From positions 3,488,001 to 3,552,000 of the forward strand of contig CBDBGH010000003.1 of the NCBI GenBank assembly GCA_965205265.1: 64,000 nt of DNA, in the 5' to 3' direction. This document shows, piece by piece, positions 9,357-21,296 of the stretch. A model generated the notes under the pieces. The model did no database searches. It was not told the origin of the DNA and was given only the letters and a program-made list of their open reading frames with translations. Made by a program: the position numbers and the translations under genes. Each line of letters opens with the position of its first letter. Position 1 is the stretch's first letter. This stretch comes from Alphaproteobacteria bacterium. GTDB taxonomy: Bacteria > Pseudomonadota > Alphaproteobacteria > Bin95.

Positions 9357-9515
9357 GCCGGCGCGGCCCCGGATCGGCGTTCGCCTGCCCGTCCTGCTTC
9401 CGCCGGGCTGTCGTCCCGGAGTTGGAGAAGGGCTTTGGCGGGGGCGAGCGCCCGGCGGGGTGGAAGGGAGCGGCCCTTCCGCTGGATGTCCGGGCGCCGT
9501 CCAGGGGAGATGCCC

Positions 9516-9653
9516 ATGTCCGAGTTCTTCCACGACGCCGATGCGGCAACCGGCACCGAACACGACGCGCCGGCCTGCGACGAACTGCTGGCCGAGGCCG
9601 GTCTCGACAGCCGGGCCATCCGCGAGGTCCTCGCCGGCCGCGACGCAGAGTGA
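9516..9653 (+). CDS. Small acidic hypothetical protein (45 aa)
   Basis: GGGGAGA RBS, ATG, GC3-rich codons. Confidence 0.5.
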   Translation: MSEFFHDADAATGTEHDAPACDELLAEAGLDSRAIREVLAGRDAE

Positions 9654-9760
9654 AGGAAAGCGGGAAGAAGGTGAGCGGCAGGGGGCCGGGGAGAGGGATC
9701 GACCCGGCTTCCCCCGTTCGCAACCCATCGTCAGCAACCAGCCATTCAAGGAGATTCTCC

Positions 9761-10210
9761 ATGGCATTCGGTCTCAATCGCGCGGAACTGATCGGCCGCC
9801 TCGGCGCCGACGTCACCGTCAATCACCTCCAGAGCGGCGGCCGCGTCGCCAATCTGAGCATCGCCACCGACGAATCCTACATCGACGCCAAGACCGGCGA
9901 GCGGGTCGACCGCACCGAGTGGCACCGCATCGTCACCTTCCAGGACGGGCTGATCGACATGCTGGTGAAGCACGCCGTGAAGGGCCGCCTGGTCTATGTC
10001 GCGGGCAAGCTCCAGACCCGGCGCTGGAAGAAGGAGGGCGAGGACTCCGACCGCTTCTCGACCGAGATCCTGCTGGTCCCGGGCGGGCGCGTGCAATTCC
10101 TGGACAAGGGCAACGGCGCCCGGAGCCAGCCCGACCCGGACATGGCGGGCGACGCCGGCACGGCTCCCGCCCCGGCGCCTGCCGACATGGACGACCGGAT
10201 TCCGTTCTGA
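9761..10210 (+). CDS. ssb: Single-stranded DNA-binding protein
   Basis: LNRAELIGRLGAD, TEWHRIV, GKLQTRRW, acidic DDRIPF tail; AAGGAG RBS. Confidence 0.95.
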   Translation: MAFGLNRAELIGRLGADVTVNHLQSGGRVANLSIATDESYIDAKTGERVDRTEWHRIVTFQDGLIDMLVKHAVKGRLVYVAGKLQTRRWKKEGEDSDRFSTEILLVPGGRVQFLDKGNGARSQPDPDMAGDAGTAPAPAPADMDDRIPF

Positions 10211-10240
10211 TCGGCATCACGCTTCCTCCCTCCCAACTCG

Positions 10241-10270
10241 GGCCGGCGCTTCGGCGCCGGCCTCTTTTTT
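10241..10270 (+). terminator. Intrinsic terminator after ssb
   Basis: GGCCGGCGC-TTCG-GCGCCGGCC stem-loop followed by TCTTTTTT. Confidence 0.85.
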
Positions 10271-10402
10271 GCTGCCGATCCGGAGGCGTCCCCGGCCCCC
10301 ATGGCGCGTCCGCGTTTCGCGCGGCGCGCGCCTTCTCCGGCGCCAGGCGGGGGCGGAGACCGGCCGGTATCGAGCGTTCCGTCCCGATGGAGGAGTCCCG
10401 CC

Positions 10403-11449
10403 ATGTCCCGCAATCCATTGCCGTCCCGCCTGCCCGGGCGGGGGCCGGCCATGAATGCCGGCGCCCTCGCCGCCGCGCTCGCGGAGCGCGCCGAGGAAGT
10501 CTGCCGCCACTACCTGCCCAACGGACGGCGGCAGGGCCGCTACTGGATCTGCGGCGATATCGACGGCGCCCGCGGCCGCTCCCTCTTCGTCCGCCTCTCC
10601 GGCCCCGGAACGCCCGGCAAGTTCACCGACGCGGCCTCGGGCGAGCATGGCGACCTGCTCGACCTGATCCGCCACCGCTCCCGCGCGCCGACGCTGCGCG
10701 CGGCGCTCGACGAGGCGCGGCGTTTCCTCGCCGTGCCGGCGGACCCCGTCCCTGTATCCAGCGAGCGGTATGACGCCACCGAGGCGGCGCGCCGCCTGTG
10801 GCGCGGCTGCCGCGCCCTCGACGGCAGCCATGCCGAGCGCTATCTCCACGCCCGCGGGCTCGCGCGCTGCCGCTTCGCGGCGCTGCGCTTCCACCCGGCG
10901 CTTCGCTACCGCGAAGGCCCCTCGGTGCGCCGTCTCCCGGCGCTGGTCGCCGCCGTCACCGGCGGCGACTCCGGATCGCAGTCCGGGGCAGGCGGCCGGC
11001 TCTTCGGCGTCCAGCGCACCTGGCTCGATCCCCGCTCGCCCGCCAAGGCGGATGTCGCCCATCCGCGCAAGGCGCTCGGACGCATCCATGGCCTCGCCGT
11101 GCGCTTCGGCCAGCCCGGCGACGGCGCTGCGCTGGTCGTCGGCGAGGGCATCGAGACCGTGCTCTCGCTGGTCGCCGCCCTGCCCGAGATCCGCGCCGCG
11201 GCGGCGCTCTCGGCCGGCAGCCTCGGCGCCTTCTCTCCGCCTGCCGGCGTCGCCCGCCTCGTGATCGCGCGGGACAACGACGAGGACGGCGCACGCGCCG
11301 CCGAACGCCTCGCCCGGCGCTGCGCGCGGGCGGGCGTCGCCGCCACGGCGATCGTGCCCCAGGGCAACGACTTCAACGACGACCTGGTCGCGCTCGGCGC
11401 GGCGGCGCTGCGCGCCCGCCTCGCGCCCCTGTTCCGCCCCGGCGCCTGA
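10403..11449 (+). CDS. Toprim-domain primase-like protein (conjugative-element type)
   Basis: GEHGDLLDLI, YLHARGL, GVQRTWL, VGEGIET, IARDND, DFND motifs. Confidence 0.85.
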   Translation: MSRNPLPSRLPGRGPAMNAGALAAALAERAEEVCRHYLPNGRRQGRYWICGDIDGARGRSLFVRLSGPGTPGKFTDAASGEHGDLLDLIRHRSRAPTLRAALDEARRFLAVPADPVPVSSERYDATEAARRLWRGCRALDGSHAERYLHARGLARCRFAALRFHPALRYREGPSVRRLPALVAAVTGGDSGSQSGAGGRLFGVQRTWLDPRSPAKADVAHPRKALGRIHGLAVRFGQPGDGAALVVGEGIETVLSLVAALPEIRAAAALSAGSLGAFSPPAGVARLVIARDNDEDGARAAERLARRCARAGVAATAIVPQGNDFNDDLVALGAAALRARLAPLFRPGA

Positions 11450-11516
11450 CCCGGCGTGGCAGGAGAAAGAGGAAAGCGAGGGTCGGGCAAGCCGACCCGG
11501 GGAGAGGAGGGAGCCG

Positions 11517-11873
11517 ATGGACGCCGTCATCAATCTGAAGACCGAACCGAGACTGCGGGAAGCGTTCGACCATGCACAGGTAGTCAACAACACCGTGCTG
11601 ATCGACCGCCGCACGAAGTGGGGAAACCCGTTCCGGATCGCACCGGCCTGTTCGAGGGAACAGGCGGTCGCCCGCTACCGCGCCGATCTCTGGCGCCGCA
11701 TCCGCGCGGGCGAGGTGTCACTGCAAGAACTCGCCGCGCTCGACGGCTGCTGGCTTGCATGCTGGTGCGAGCCGGAGCCGTGTCATGGCGACGTGCTGGC
11801 CCGCGCGGCGGCCTGGGCGGCGCAGGTGCTGGCGGAACGCAGCGCCCGCCAGGCGGAGGGGGGCGCGTCATGA
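11517..11873 (+). CDS. DUF4326-family protein
   Basis: IDRRTKWGNPF...LACWCEPEPCHGDVL signature; GGAGG RBS. Confidence 0.88.
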   Translation: MDAVINLKTEPRLREAFDHAQVVNNTVLIDRRTKWGNPFRIAPACSREQAVARYRADLWRRIRAGEVSLQELAALDGCWLACWCEPEPCHGDVLARAAAWAAQVLAERSARQAEGGAS

Positions 11874-12097
11874 GCGCCATCGCCTTCCGCCGCATCGCCC
11901 CGGACCAGTCCCGCATCTACTGCGACGGCGACCATGTCGGCGACGTCTGTGCCCTCGACGATCCGCTGCGCGAGGGTGCGCGGTATTTCGTGGTGCATCT
12001 CCACGAGGATCCGCGCGGTCCCTGCCGCGTCCATGACCGCAACCGCATCCGCGAGGTGGCCAGGCAGCGGATCCTCTCGCATCCGCTGTGGGGGTGA
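11870..12097 (+). CDS. Hypothetical protein (75 aa)
   Basis: ATGA overlap with the DUF4326 gene; GGAGG RBS. Confidence 0.65.
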   Translation: MSAIAFRRIAPDQSRIYCDGDHVGDVCALDDPLREGARYFVVHLHEDPRGPCRVHDRNRIREVARQRILSHPLWG

Positions 12098-12534
12098 CCC
12101 GCCATGACTGTCAAGCTGCGCGCTCCGCTTGCAAGGCTGACCGACAGGTCCGGGGATGCTCCCGAAGGCCGTGCCGGGCGGCAGCGCCCATCGGGTCCGT
12201 GCAAGGGGAAAGAATTTGCCTGCGTGCGTGCTGTCCCATTGTGCCACACGTGCTCACTGCACCAACCCCGCCGGCGGCGGGGTCCTCCACTCCGCTCGCG
12301 CTCCGTTCCGGCCGGGACTCGGAATGAAACGGCGCTGAAGCGCCTAGGCCCGGCGGAATGCGCGACCGTGGCTCCGCACTCGCTCCGCTCGCTTGTGCGC
12401 CCGCACCACTCGCGCATCCCGCCGGGCCATTCATTCCGGACCCGGTGCTTCCGCTGCGCGCGCGTGACCCAACAGGACATCACTTCGGGGCGCAACGCTC
12501 CGATAGCTGCAACCCGATCGTCAAGGAGATCGTC

Positions 12535-13470
12535 ATGAACACCATCATCGAGAACATCGACACCGTCGAGAGCACCGAGCACTCCGTCACCGCAACCGTC
12601 TGCGACAACGCCGCCCTCTTCGGCGCAACACCCGAGCGCGACGAGTTCGATCCCCGCGTCGTCTGGGACAAGGACGATGCGCTGACCGCCGTCGAGGAAG
12701 CCTTCCGCATTCTCAGCGACGGCGTCTGCCCCGACGGCACACAGCTCGCCGACGAGCGCGAACACCTGCTCTGGGGGTTCGTCAACATGCTCCACGCCCA
12801 GACACAGCGCATCGACCGCAGCGTCGACAGGCTCACCCCCGAACTCCGAGACCTCCAGCGCGACCAGGACGGAACCGAGATCAGGTCGTTCGAGCTGGAG
12901 ATGACCACCCACCGCGCGCAGAACCTCGGAGACCGCCGCGACGCCTTCGAGAAAATGCGCGACGCCTGCGCCGATGCCTACCGCGAGGAAACCGGAGAGG
13001 TCTGGCGCCCGCGCCACGGCTCGCACGCATCCCGGACCGGCAAGCTCACCTCCGCCGCCATCGAGGCCCGCGACTTCATCCGCGCACGGAAGGACCGCGA
13101 GACCATGGCCCACCTGCCGCAAGGCACCCTCGTCGCCATCGCAGGCGGCAGGGACATCGCAGACCCCGCCGCCGTCATCGCCCGCCTCGACCAGGCCCGC
13201 ACCAAGTACGCCGACATGGTCCTCGTGCACGGCGGCGGCCCCGGCGTCGAGAAGATCGCCGCACGCTGGGCCGAGCGGAACGGCGTCCACCAGATCGTCT
13301 GCAAGCCCGACTGGGACCGCCACGGACGCGCCGCGCCCTTCCGCCGCAACGACGAACTCCTCAACCTCCTGCCCAGGGGCGTCATCGCCTTCCCCGGCTC
13401 CGGCATCACAGAGAACCTCGTCGACAAGGCGAAGCAGCTCGGCATCCCGGTCATGCGCTGCCCAGCCTGA
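12535..13470 (+). CDS. DUF2493 / SLOG-superfamily protein
   Basis: AAGGAG RBS; AGGRD, LVHGG, PDWDRHGRAAPFRRN, IAFPGSGIT motifs. Confidence 0.88.
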   Translation: MNTIIENIDTVESTEHSVTATVCDNAALFGATPERDEFDPRVVWDKDDALTAVEEAFRILSDGVCPDGTQLADEREHLLWGFVNMLHAQTQRIDRSVDRLTPELRDLQRDQDGTEIRSFELEMTTHRAQNLGDRRDAFEKMRDACADAYREETGEVWRPRHGSHASRTGKLTSAAIEARDFIRARKDRETMAHLPQGTLVAIAGGRDIADPAAVIARLDQARTKYADMVLVHGGGPGVEKIAARWAERNGVHQIVCKPDWDRHGRAAPFRRNDELLNLLPRGVIAFPGSGITENLVDKAKQLGIPVMRCPA

Positions 13471-13894
13471 CCGCAGCACATCGCGGGCCGCGTCGTCATC
13501 CCGGCAGCGGGACGGCGGCGCGGCCCGTTTCCTCTTGCGCACACACTTCGCGCGGCAACGCCATCCTCGCGCGCGCTTCGTCCTGCCCCGGACCACGACC
13601 CGGGGGCTCGCTGCCCTCGCCGATCGCGTCTGCGGTCCGCTGCCGCGTCACGCGCCGCTGCACCATGCCGCCCATAAGTGCACCGGCCACTGCGCCGAAC
13701 CCGGCGCACCGCCGCCTGCGCTTCCGTCGCGCGCCCTCGCATCATGCTGCGCATGAATGCCTCGGACGCCGCGCCCGACGCCGCCGCTCACACACGCCGC
13801 GGCGGCTCCCCTCCGCCGCTCTCGCCGGCGTCGATTCCCCCATCGCTCATGCATCGCAAATCGTGCTCCGACGGGCCGCGCCCGTCTCGGTCCA

Positions 13895-13907
13895 CACACC
13901 CGACGCA
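13895..13907 (+). other. Putative unoccupied attachment core CACACCCGACGCA
   Basis: Same 13-mer as 19664 and 26633; left flank resembles the 19664 left flank, right flank resembles the 26633 right flank. Confidence 0.6.
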
Positions 13908-14221
13908 CCGATGGTGCAGGGAGAACCGTGCCGCCCATGTCCACATATGCCGCCCATGCCACGGTCACTGGAACGGGTGTCCGCCCCTGTCCGCTCCTGT
14001 CATGCCGGAAACAGTTGCCACCGATCGGTGGCGGAATGCACCGCTCGCGATCCGAAAAATAATGCTGTTTATCAACATGTTGTCGATACGCGCACCGATT
14101 GCGACCGCCGCGTGTGACGGCCGTGTTTATGGCATTCCCTGCGCACCACCGATCGGTGGCATGGACGGGCGCGCCACATGATGGCAAACTGCCAACCGGC
14201 AATCGCCTCATTCGCCCCTCG

Positions 14222-15610
14222 GAGATCGTGTTCCGAGCGGTGGTGTAAGAGCCTGGCGGCCGTCGCGGTATCCGGCGGGTAGGGCCGGTAGGCTCAGGCT
14301 GCCACGGCGGGCAGCTTGACGGTTGCATTGTCGCTCACGGGAGCGATCGATTCCAGCGTCATGTATCTGGCCCTCTGGACGGCCCATTCGTCGTTCTGCT
14401 CGAGCAGGATGGCGCCGATCAGCCGTGTTATGGCGTCCTCGTTGGGGAAGATGCCGACGGTGTTGGTACGCCGCTTGATCTCGCCATGGAGTCGTTCGAG
14501 CGGGTTTGTCGAGTGCAGCTTGGGGCGATGCGCGGCCGGGAAGGTCATGTCGGCGAGAACGTCGTGCTCGGCCTCGTCCATGAGAGCGGCGAGCTTCGGC
14601 GCCTTGGCCCTGAGCTGGTCGGCGACCTGGCGCCACTGGGCGGAGGCGCTGTCTGCATCCTCCTGGGCGAAGGCGGTGGTGACGAAGGCGGACACGACGC
14701 GCCGGCCCTGCTTGCCGGCATGGGCGAGCAGGGTGCGCATGAAGTGGACGCGGCAGCGCTGCCATGTGGCGCCGAGGACGCGCGTTGCAGCCGCCTTCAG
14801 GCCCTTGTGGTCATCGGAGACGACCAGCTTGACGCCGCGCAGGCCGCGGCGGGCCAGGGAGCGCAGGAAGGAGGTCCAGAAGGTCTCGGCCTCGGACGCG
14901 CCGATCGCCATGCCGAGCACCTCGCGGCGGCCCTGGTCGTTGACCGCCACCGCGATCGTGACCGCGACCGAGACGACGCGCCCGGCCTCGCGCATCTTCA
15001 CATAGGTCGCGTCCAGCCACAGATACGGCCAGTCGCCCTCCAGCGGGCGGTCGAGGAAGTCGCGGATCTTGCCGTCGATCTCACCGCACAGCCGCGACAC
15101 CTGGCTCTTCGAGATGCCCGACATGCCCATGGCCTGCACCAGGTCGTCCACCGAGCGGGTCGACACGCCCTTGATGTAGGCCTCCTGGATCACCGCCGTC
15201 AGCGCCTTCTCCGCCATGCGACGCGGCTCCAGGAAGCCCGGGAAGCAGCTCCCCTTGCGCAGCTTCGGGATCTTCAGCTCCACCGTGCCCGCGCGCGTCT
15301 CCCGCAAGGCCCTCCACCTCAAGCGCCATCAAACGCTCGGCCGTGAACCCGATCATCTCGCGAAGCAGATCGGCGTCCGAACTCTTCTCCAAAAGCGCCT
15401 GCAGGGTCATCATGTCCTTGGTGGTCATCGTGGTACTCCTCCGGTCGGATGGACTGTAGAAGCCCAACCCTAACCGGCACCGCGATGGCCATCCGCTATG
15501 GATAAGTGGCCCGCCGCCGCCAGACTCCACACGGTCGCGGCGCCGGGCCACTTACCCACAGCTACCGATGCTGGCTCCTGCTCCTACACCACGCCTGGGG
15601 GCACGACCTC
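14222..15610 (-). mobile_element. IS256-family element with disrupted transposase (14294..~15429)
   Basis: Mutator-type DDE motifs ([23 protein letters not shown]); N-terminus is in a different frame; imperfect IRs GAGATCGTG..GGTGTAA / GAGGTCGTG..GGTGTAG. Confidence 0.88.
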
Positions 15611-15677
15611 AGGCCGCGGACGCACCTCTCCCGTGGCGGGCCGAATCCCGCTTTCGGGGGCAGTGACGAAGGGGTGA

Positions 15678-15978
15678 TCAGGCTGCGAGACGTCGTCGTC
15701 GCTCGCGGTTGAGCGCCCGTTTGCGCTTGCGCTCGGCCTGGACTATCTCCTGCTGACGCAAGCGGCCGATGCGGATCAGGTTGCAGGCGACCACCGACAT
15801 GGCGACCATGCGTGCAAACCCGTCAGCACCGTAGGACAGGACGCGGGACATGCCGTGGTGTTCGAGCATGTTGATTGCCGACTCGATGCCGGGATGACGC
15901 TTGCGGGCGGCGACAAACTCCGGCGCCTCCTGGCGCCGGGCCTGTTCGGCCGTCGGCTTGCCCTTTTTCGGCAGCGCC
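15678..15978 (-). pseudogene. C-terminal transposase fragment (ISNCY/IS5-like)
   Basis: RKRHPGIESAINMLEHHG...VACNLIRIG pattern. Confidence 0.6.
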
Positions 15979-16321
15979 GTCAGTTCAAGCTTTGCTGACA
16001 GATCCTCATAGGTTTTTCCACTGACCGATCAGGACATCGAAGCCGGCATTGGCGACGACGACATGCAGGTGGGGATGCCAGTCGAGTCTCTGGTTCCATG
16101 TATGCAGGACGGCGGTGCCACCGATCCTGGCACCGAAACTGCGGCGCGACAATCAGCTTGAGACGCTGGCGACAATCAGGATGAGACGGGGGAAGGCGGC
16201 GGCCCGGAACGGAGGGAGGGCGTAGCCCGACCGGAGTTCCGGGCCGCCGCCTCAAAAAATTTTTCCTGGACCTTCTGGCGGGGTCGGTCGGCTGGGCGAA
16301 CGGTGACGTTTTTCCGAGTAG

Positions 16322-18669
<2,348 letters not shown>

Positions 18670-18930
18670 ACCGCTGCCGCCAGATCGGCCCAGCGGCCAC
18701 AACACTCACGGCCCGCGGGAATCGCCTCCGCGGGCCGTCTCTTCTCCGACCCGACGGCCCCCCCGCGACAATCAAAACGCTCTCCGAAAACCTTGTTTGT
18801 CGCGCCGCGACAATCAAAATCCGAAACCGCTTGCAATCCGCGCCCCGCGCGACAATCATCAACTCGCCGATGCCGCCGGGGAATCTCATCCTGATTGACG
18901 CGCGGCTCTCACCCAGATTGTCGCGCTATA

Positions 18931-19223
18931 TCGCACGCCTCGACCAGGCCCGCGCCAAGTACGCCGACATGGTCCTCGTGCACGGCGGCGGCCCCGGCGT
19001 CGAGAAGATCGCCGCAGGCTGGGCCGAGCGCAACGGCGTCCACCAGGTCGTCTGCAAGCCCGACTGGGACCGCCACGGTCGCGCCGCACCCTTCCGCCGC
19101 AACGACGAGCTGCTCAACCTCCTGCCCAAGGGCGTCATCGCCTTCCCCGGCTCCGGCATCACCGAGAACCTCGTCGACAAGGCGAAGCAGCTCGGCATCC
19201 CGGTCATGCGCTGCGCCGCCTGA
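18931..19223 (+). pseudogene. 3' part of a second, diverged DUF2493 gene truncated by IS21
   Basis: Near-identical to 13178..13470 with scattered substitutions; starts at the IS21 end. Confidence 0.88.
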
Positions 19224-19890
19224 TCCGCAACACCCTCGCGGGCCGCACCGTCGCTCCGGCGGCCGTGCGGCCCGTTCCCGCGTGCGCACACCGGTCACCG
19301 CAACGCCTTCCTCGCGCGCGCTCCGCGCCGCGCTCGGGCTCCGGCTCGCTGCGCTCGCCGACCGCGCCTGCGTTCCGCGTCACCCGCCGCTGCACCATGC
19401 CGCGCATGAGTGCACCGGCCACTGCGCCGAACCCGGCGCACTGCCGCCCGCATCGCGCGCTGCACCCGTGCAGGCGCCGCTGCGCGCGCTGCCGCCCGCG
19501 CGCCCTCGCATCATGCTGCGCATGAATGCCTCGGACGCCGCGCCCGACGCCGCCGCTCACACGCCGCGGCGGCTTCCCTCCGCCGCTCTCGCCGGCGTCG
19601 ATTCCCCCATCGTCAATGCCGCAGACTCAGCCGTCCCGACCGCCCGGGGCGGCCTCGGTTCGTCACACCCGACGCATCTGTGATGCCTTTTCGCCTTCCG
19701 GTTGGCGTTGCGGGAGGTTGCCGGGGAACCCTTGTTTTGCAACGGTTTCCGGTCTTCCCGCCTGCCGCTTCCTTGTCCTCCTGCCCGCGAGCCCGGGGCC
19801 CTGTCCAGGACACGTTGTGGCATGTCCTGCGGGTCGGGTCCACCCGTCCCGGACGCTCGGCCCCTTCCGGCGCGCCGCGGCCGGGTTCGT

Positions 19891-21165
19891 TCAGAACTGG
19901 CGCACGAAGCTGAGTTCGGCGCGGTTGCGCCGGTAGTCGAGGGCCTGGGCGTTGGTCTTGCGCTGCTCGCGGATGAGGGAGAGGCGGGGGCTGAAGCCGA
20001 GCACGGTCACGGCGCGGTTGTGGACCGAGACCGAGAGGGTCCGCGTGTCGTCCCGGCGCGGCTTGCGGTCGATGGTGCGGTGGGCGGCGCCGCCGCCCTC
20101 ATAGTCGGTGCGCTGCAGGGCGGCGCGCAGGCCGAGCGTGAAGCCGGCCGGCAGCGCCAGCGTGGCGCCGAGGCTCGCCCGCGGGCCGCTGTTGCGCCAG
20201 TGTTCGGCCCTGGCGCGGGCCCAGCTCCAGCCGGCATTGCCGCCGAGGCGCAGGATGGTCAGCGCGGCCCAGTTGGCGCCGAGCGAGACGTCGCCCACCG
20301 GGCCGTCGAGCCAGTCGCAGCCGCGGCAGTTGCGCCGGGCGGCGCCGGCGCGGGCGAAGAGCGCGAGGCGCGGCGTCAGCAGATGCTCGCCTTCGAGGCG
20401 CAGGCCGACGCTGTCGGTCTCGGGCCGGCCGGCGGTCCATTGCCGGTCCGCGGTCGCCAGCAGGCTCGCTTCGGTGCGGGCGTCGATCAGCCAGCGCGGG
20501 CCGACATGGGCGGCAAGGAAATGCCGGTCGAACTCCCCGCCCCTGTATTCCCGGACGCTGGCGTCCGCCCCGGCGCGCAGGCGCAGGCGGTCGTTCAGCG
20601 GATGCTGGTATTCGCCGCCGCCCCAGAAGGAGACGCCGAGGCCGGATTCGGGCTTCGCGGGATCGTCCAGGGTGAAAGGCAGCCGGCCGAACGGGGTGTC
20701 GAGGAAGACCGTGCGCTCGCCCGAGGCGGCGTTGAGGTTGCTGTCCGGGACGATGGCCGCCCCGAACCACGCCTCCCAGCGCCGCCGCGCGCGGATGATG
20801 TCGAGGAAGCGCCGGATGTTGGCGGCGACCGCCGGGGGCACGTCGCCCGCCAGCACCTGCTCGAAATGCCGCCGCGCCAGCGTGTCCTCCTCCTTCAGGA
20901 AGAAGGCGCGGGCGAGTTCGAGACGCACCCGCACCAGCTCCGGGCGGTCCACCAGGATGGCCCGGAAGGCGGCGACCGCCTCGTCGAGCCTGCCCTCGCG
21001 GGCTTCCCGGTCCGGTGCGGCATCGGCGGCGGCAAGCGCCTCCATCCCGGCCCGGAAGCGCATGTCGGTCGCATCCTGGCCCAGGGCGGGGCGCGCGACG
21101 GGCGCCGCAACAAGCAGGACCGACAGCCCCGCCAGCACGGGAACAAGGAACCGGAAAGGTCTCAT
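19891..21165 (-). CDS. Slam-type (DUF560) outer-membrane translocon, type XI secretion
   Basis: Signal peptide; TPR-like RVRLELARAFF..ARRHFEQVL; PDSNLN barrel start; terminal ELSFVRQF with final Phe. Confidence 0.9.
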   Translation of the reverse strand: MRPFRFLVPVLAGLSVLLVAAPVARPALGQDATDMRFRAGMEALAAADAAPDREAREGRLDEAVAAFRAILVDRPELVRVRLELARAFFLKEEDTLARRHFEQVLAGDVPPAVAANIRRFLDIIRARRRWEAWFGAAIVPDSNLNAASGERTVFLDTPFGRLPFTLDDPAKPESGLGVSFWGGGEYQHPLNDRLRLRAGADASVREYRGGEFDRHFLAAHVGPRWLIDARTEASLLATADRQWTAGRPETDSVGLRLEGEHLLTPRLALFARAGAARRNCRGCDWLDGPVGDVSLGANWAALTILRLGGNAGWSWARARAEHWRNSGPRASLGATLALPAGFTLGLRAALQRTDYEGGGAAHRTIDRKPRRDDTRTLSVSVHNRAVTVLGFSPRLSLIREQRKTNAQALDYRRNRAELSFVRQF

Positions 21166-21204
21166 CGCGTCTGTCGCATCGCTTGCCGTCCGGGCTCCCG
21201 ATCG

Positions 21205-21239
21205 AAAAAGAAGGGCGGCGCAGGAAACGCGCCACCCTT
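21205..21239 (-). terminator. Intrinsic terminator between the lipoprotein and Slam genes
   Basis: Minus strand AAGGGTGGCGCG-TTTCC-TGCGCCGCCCTT followed by CTTTTT. Confidence 0.65.
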
Positions 21240-21296
21240 GTCACGACCGGGAACCGGGCCGGCCTCCCGCATGAACGGGAGCCCGGCCCCGTGCGG

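Noticed and set aside
8633-10210. 525-aa ORF suggesting an extended SSB
   Set aside because: SSB has its own AAGGAG RBS and ATG at 9761; the upstream part is an off-frame read of the Zn-finger gene.
18760-18930. Regularly spaced CGCGACAATC repeats resembling a mini-CRISPR (also CCGGCCGGGACTT at 38600-38690)
   Set aside because: These are subterminal transposase-binding repeats of IS21; too short, and no cas genes are present.
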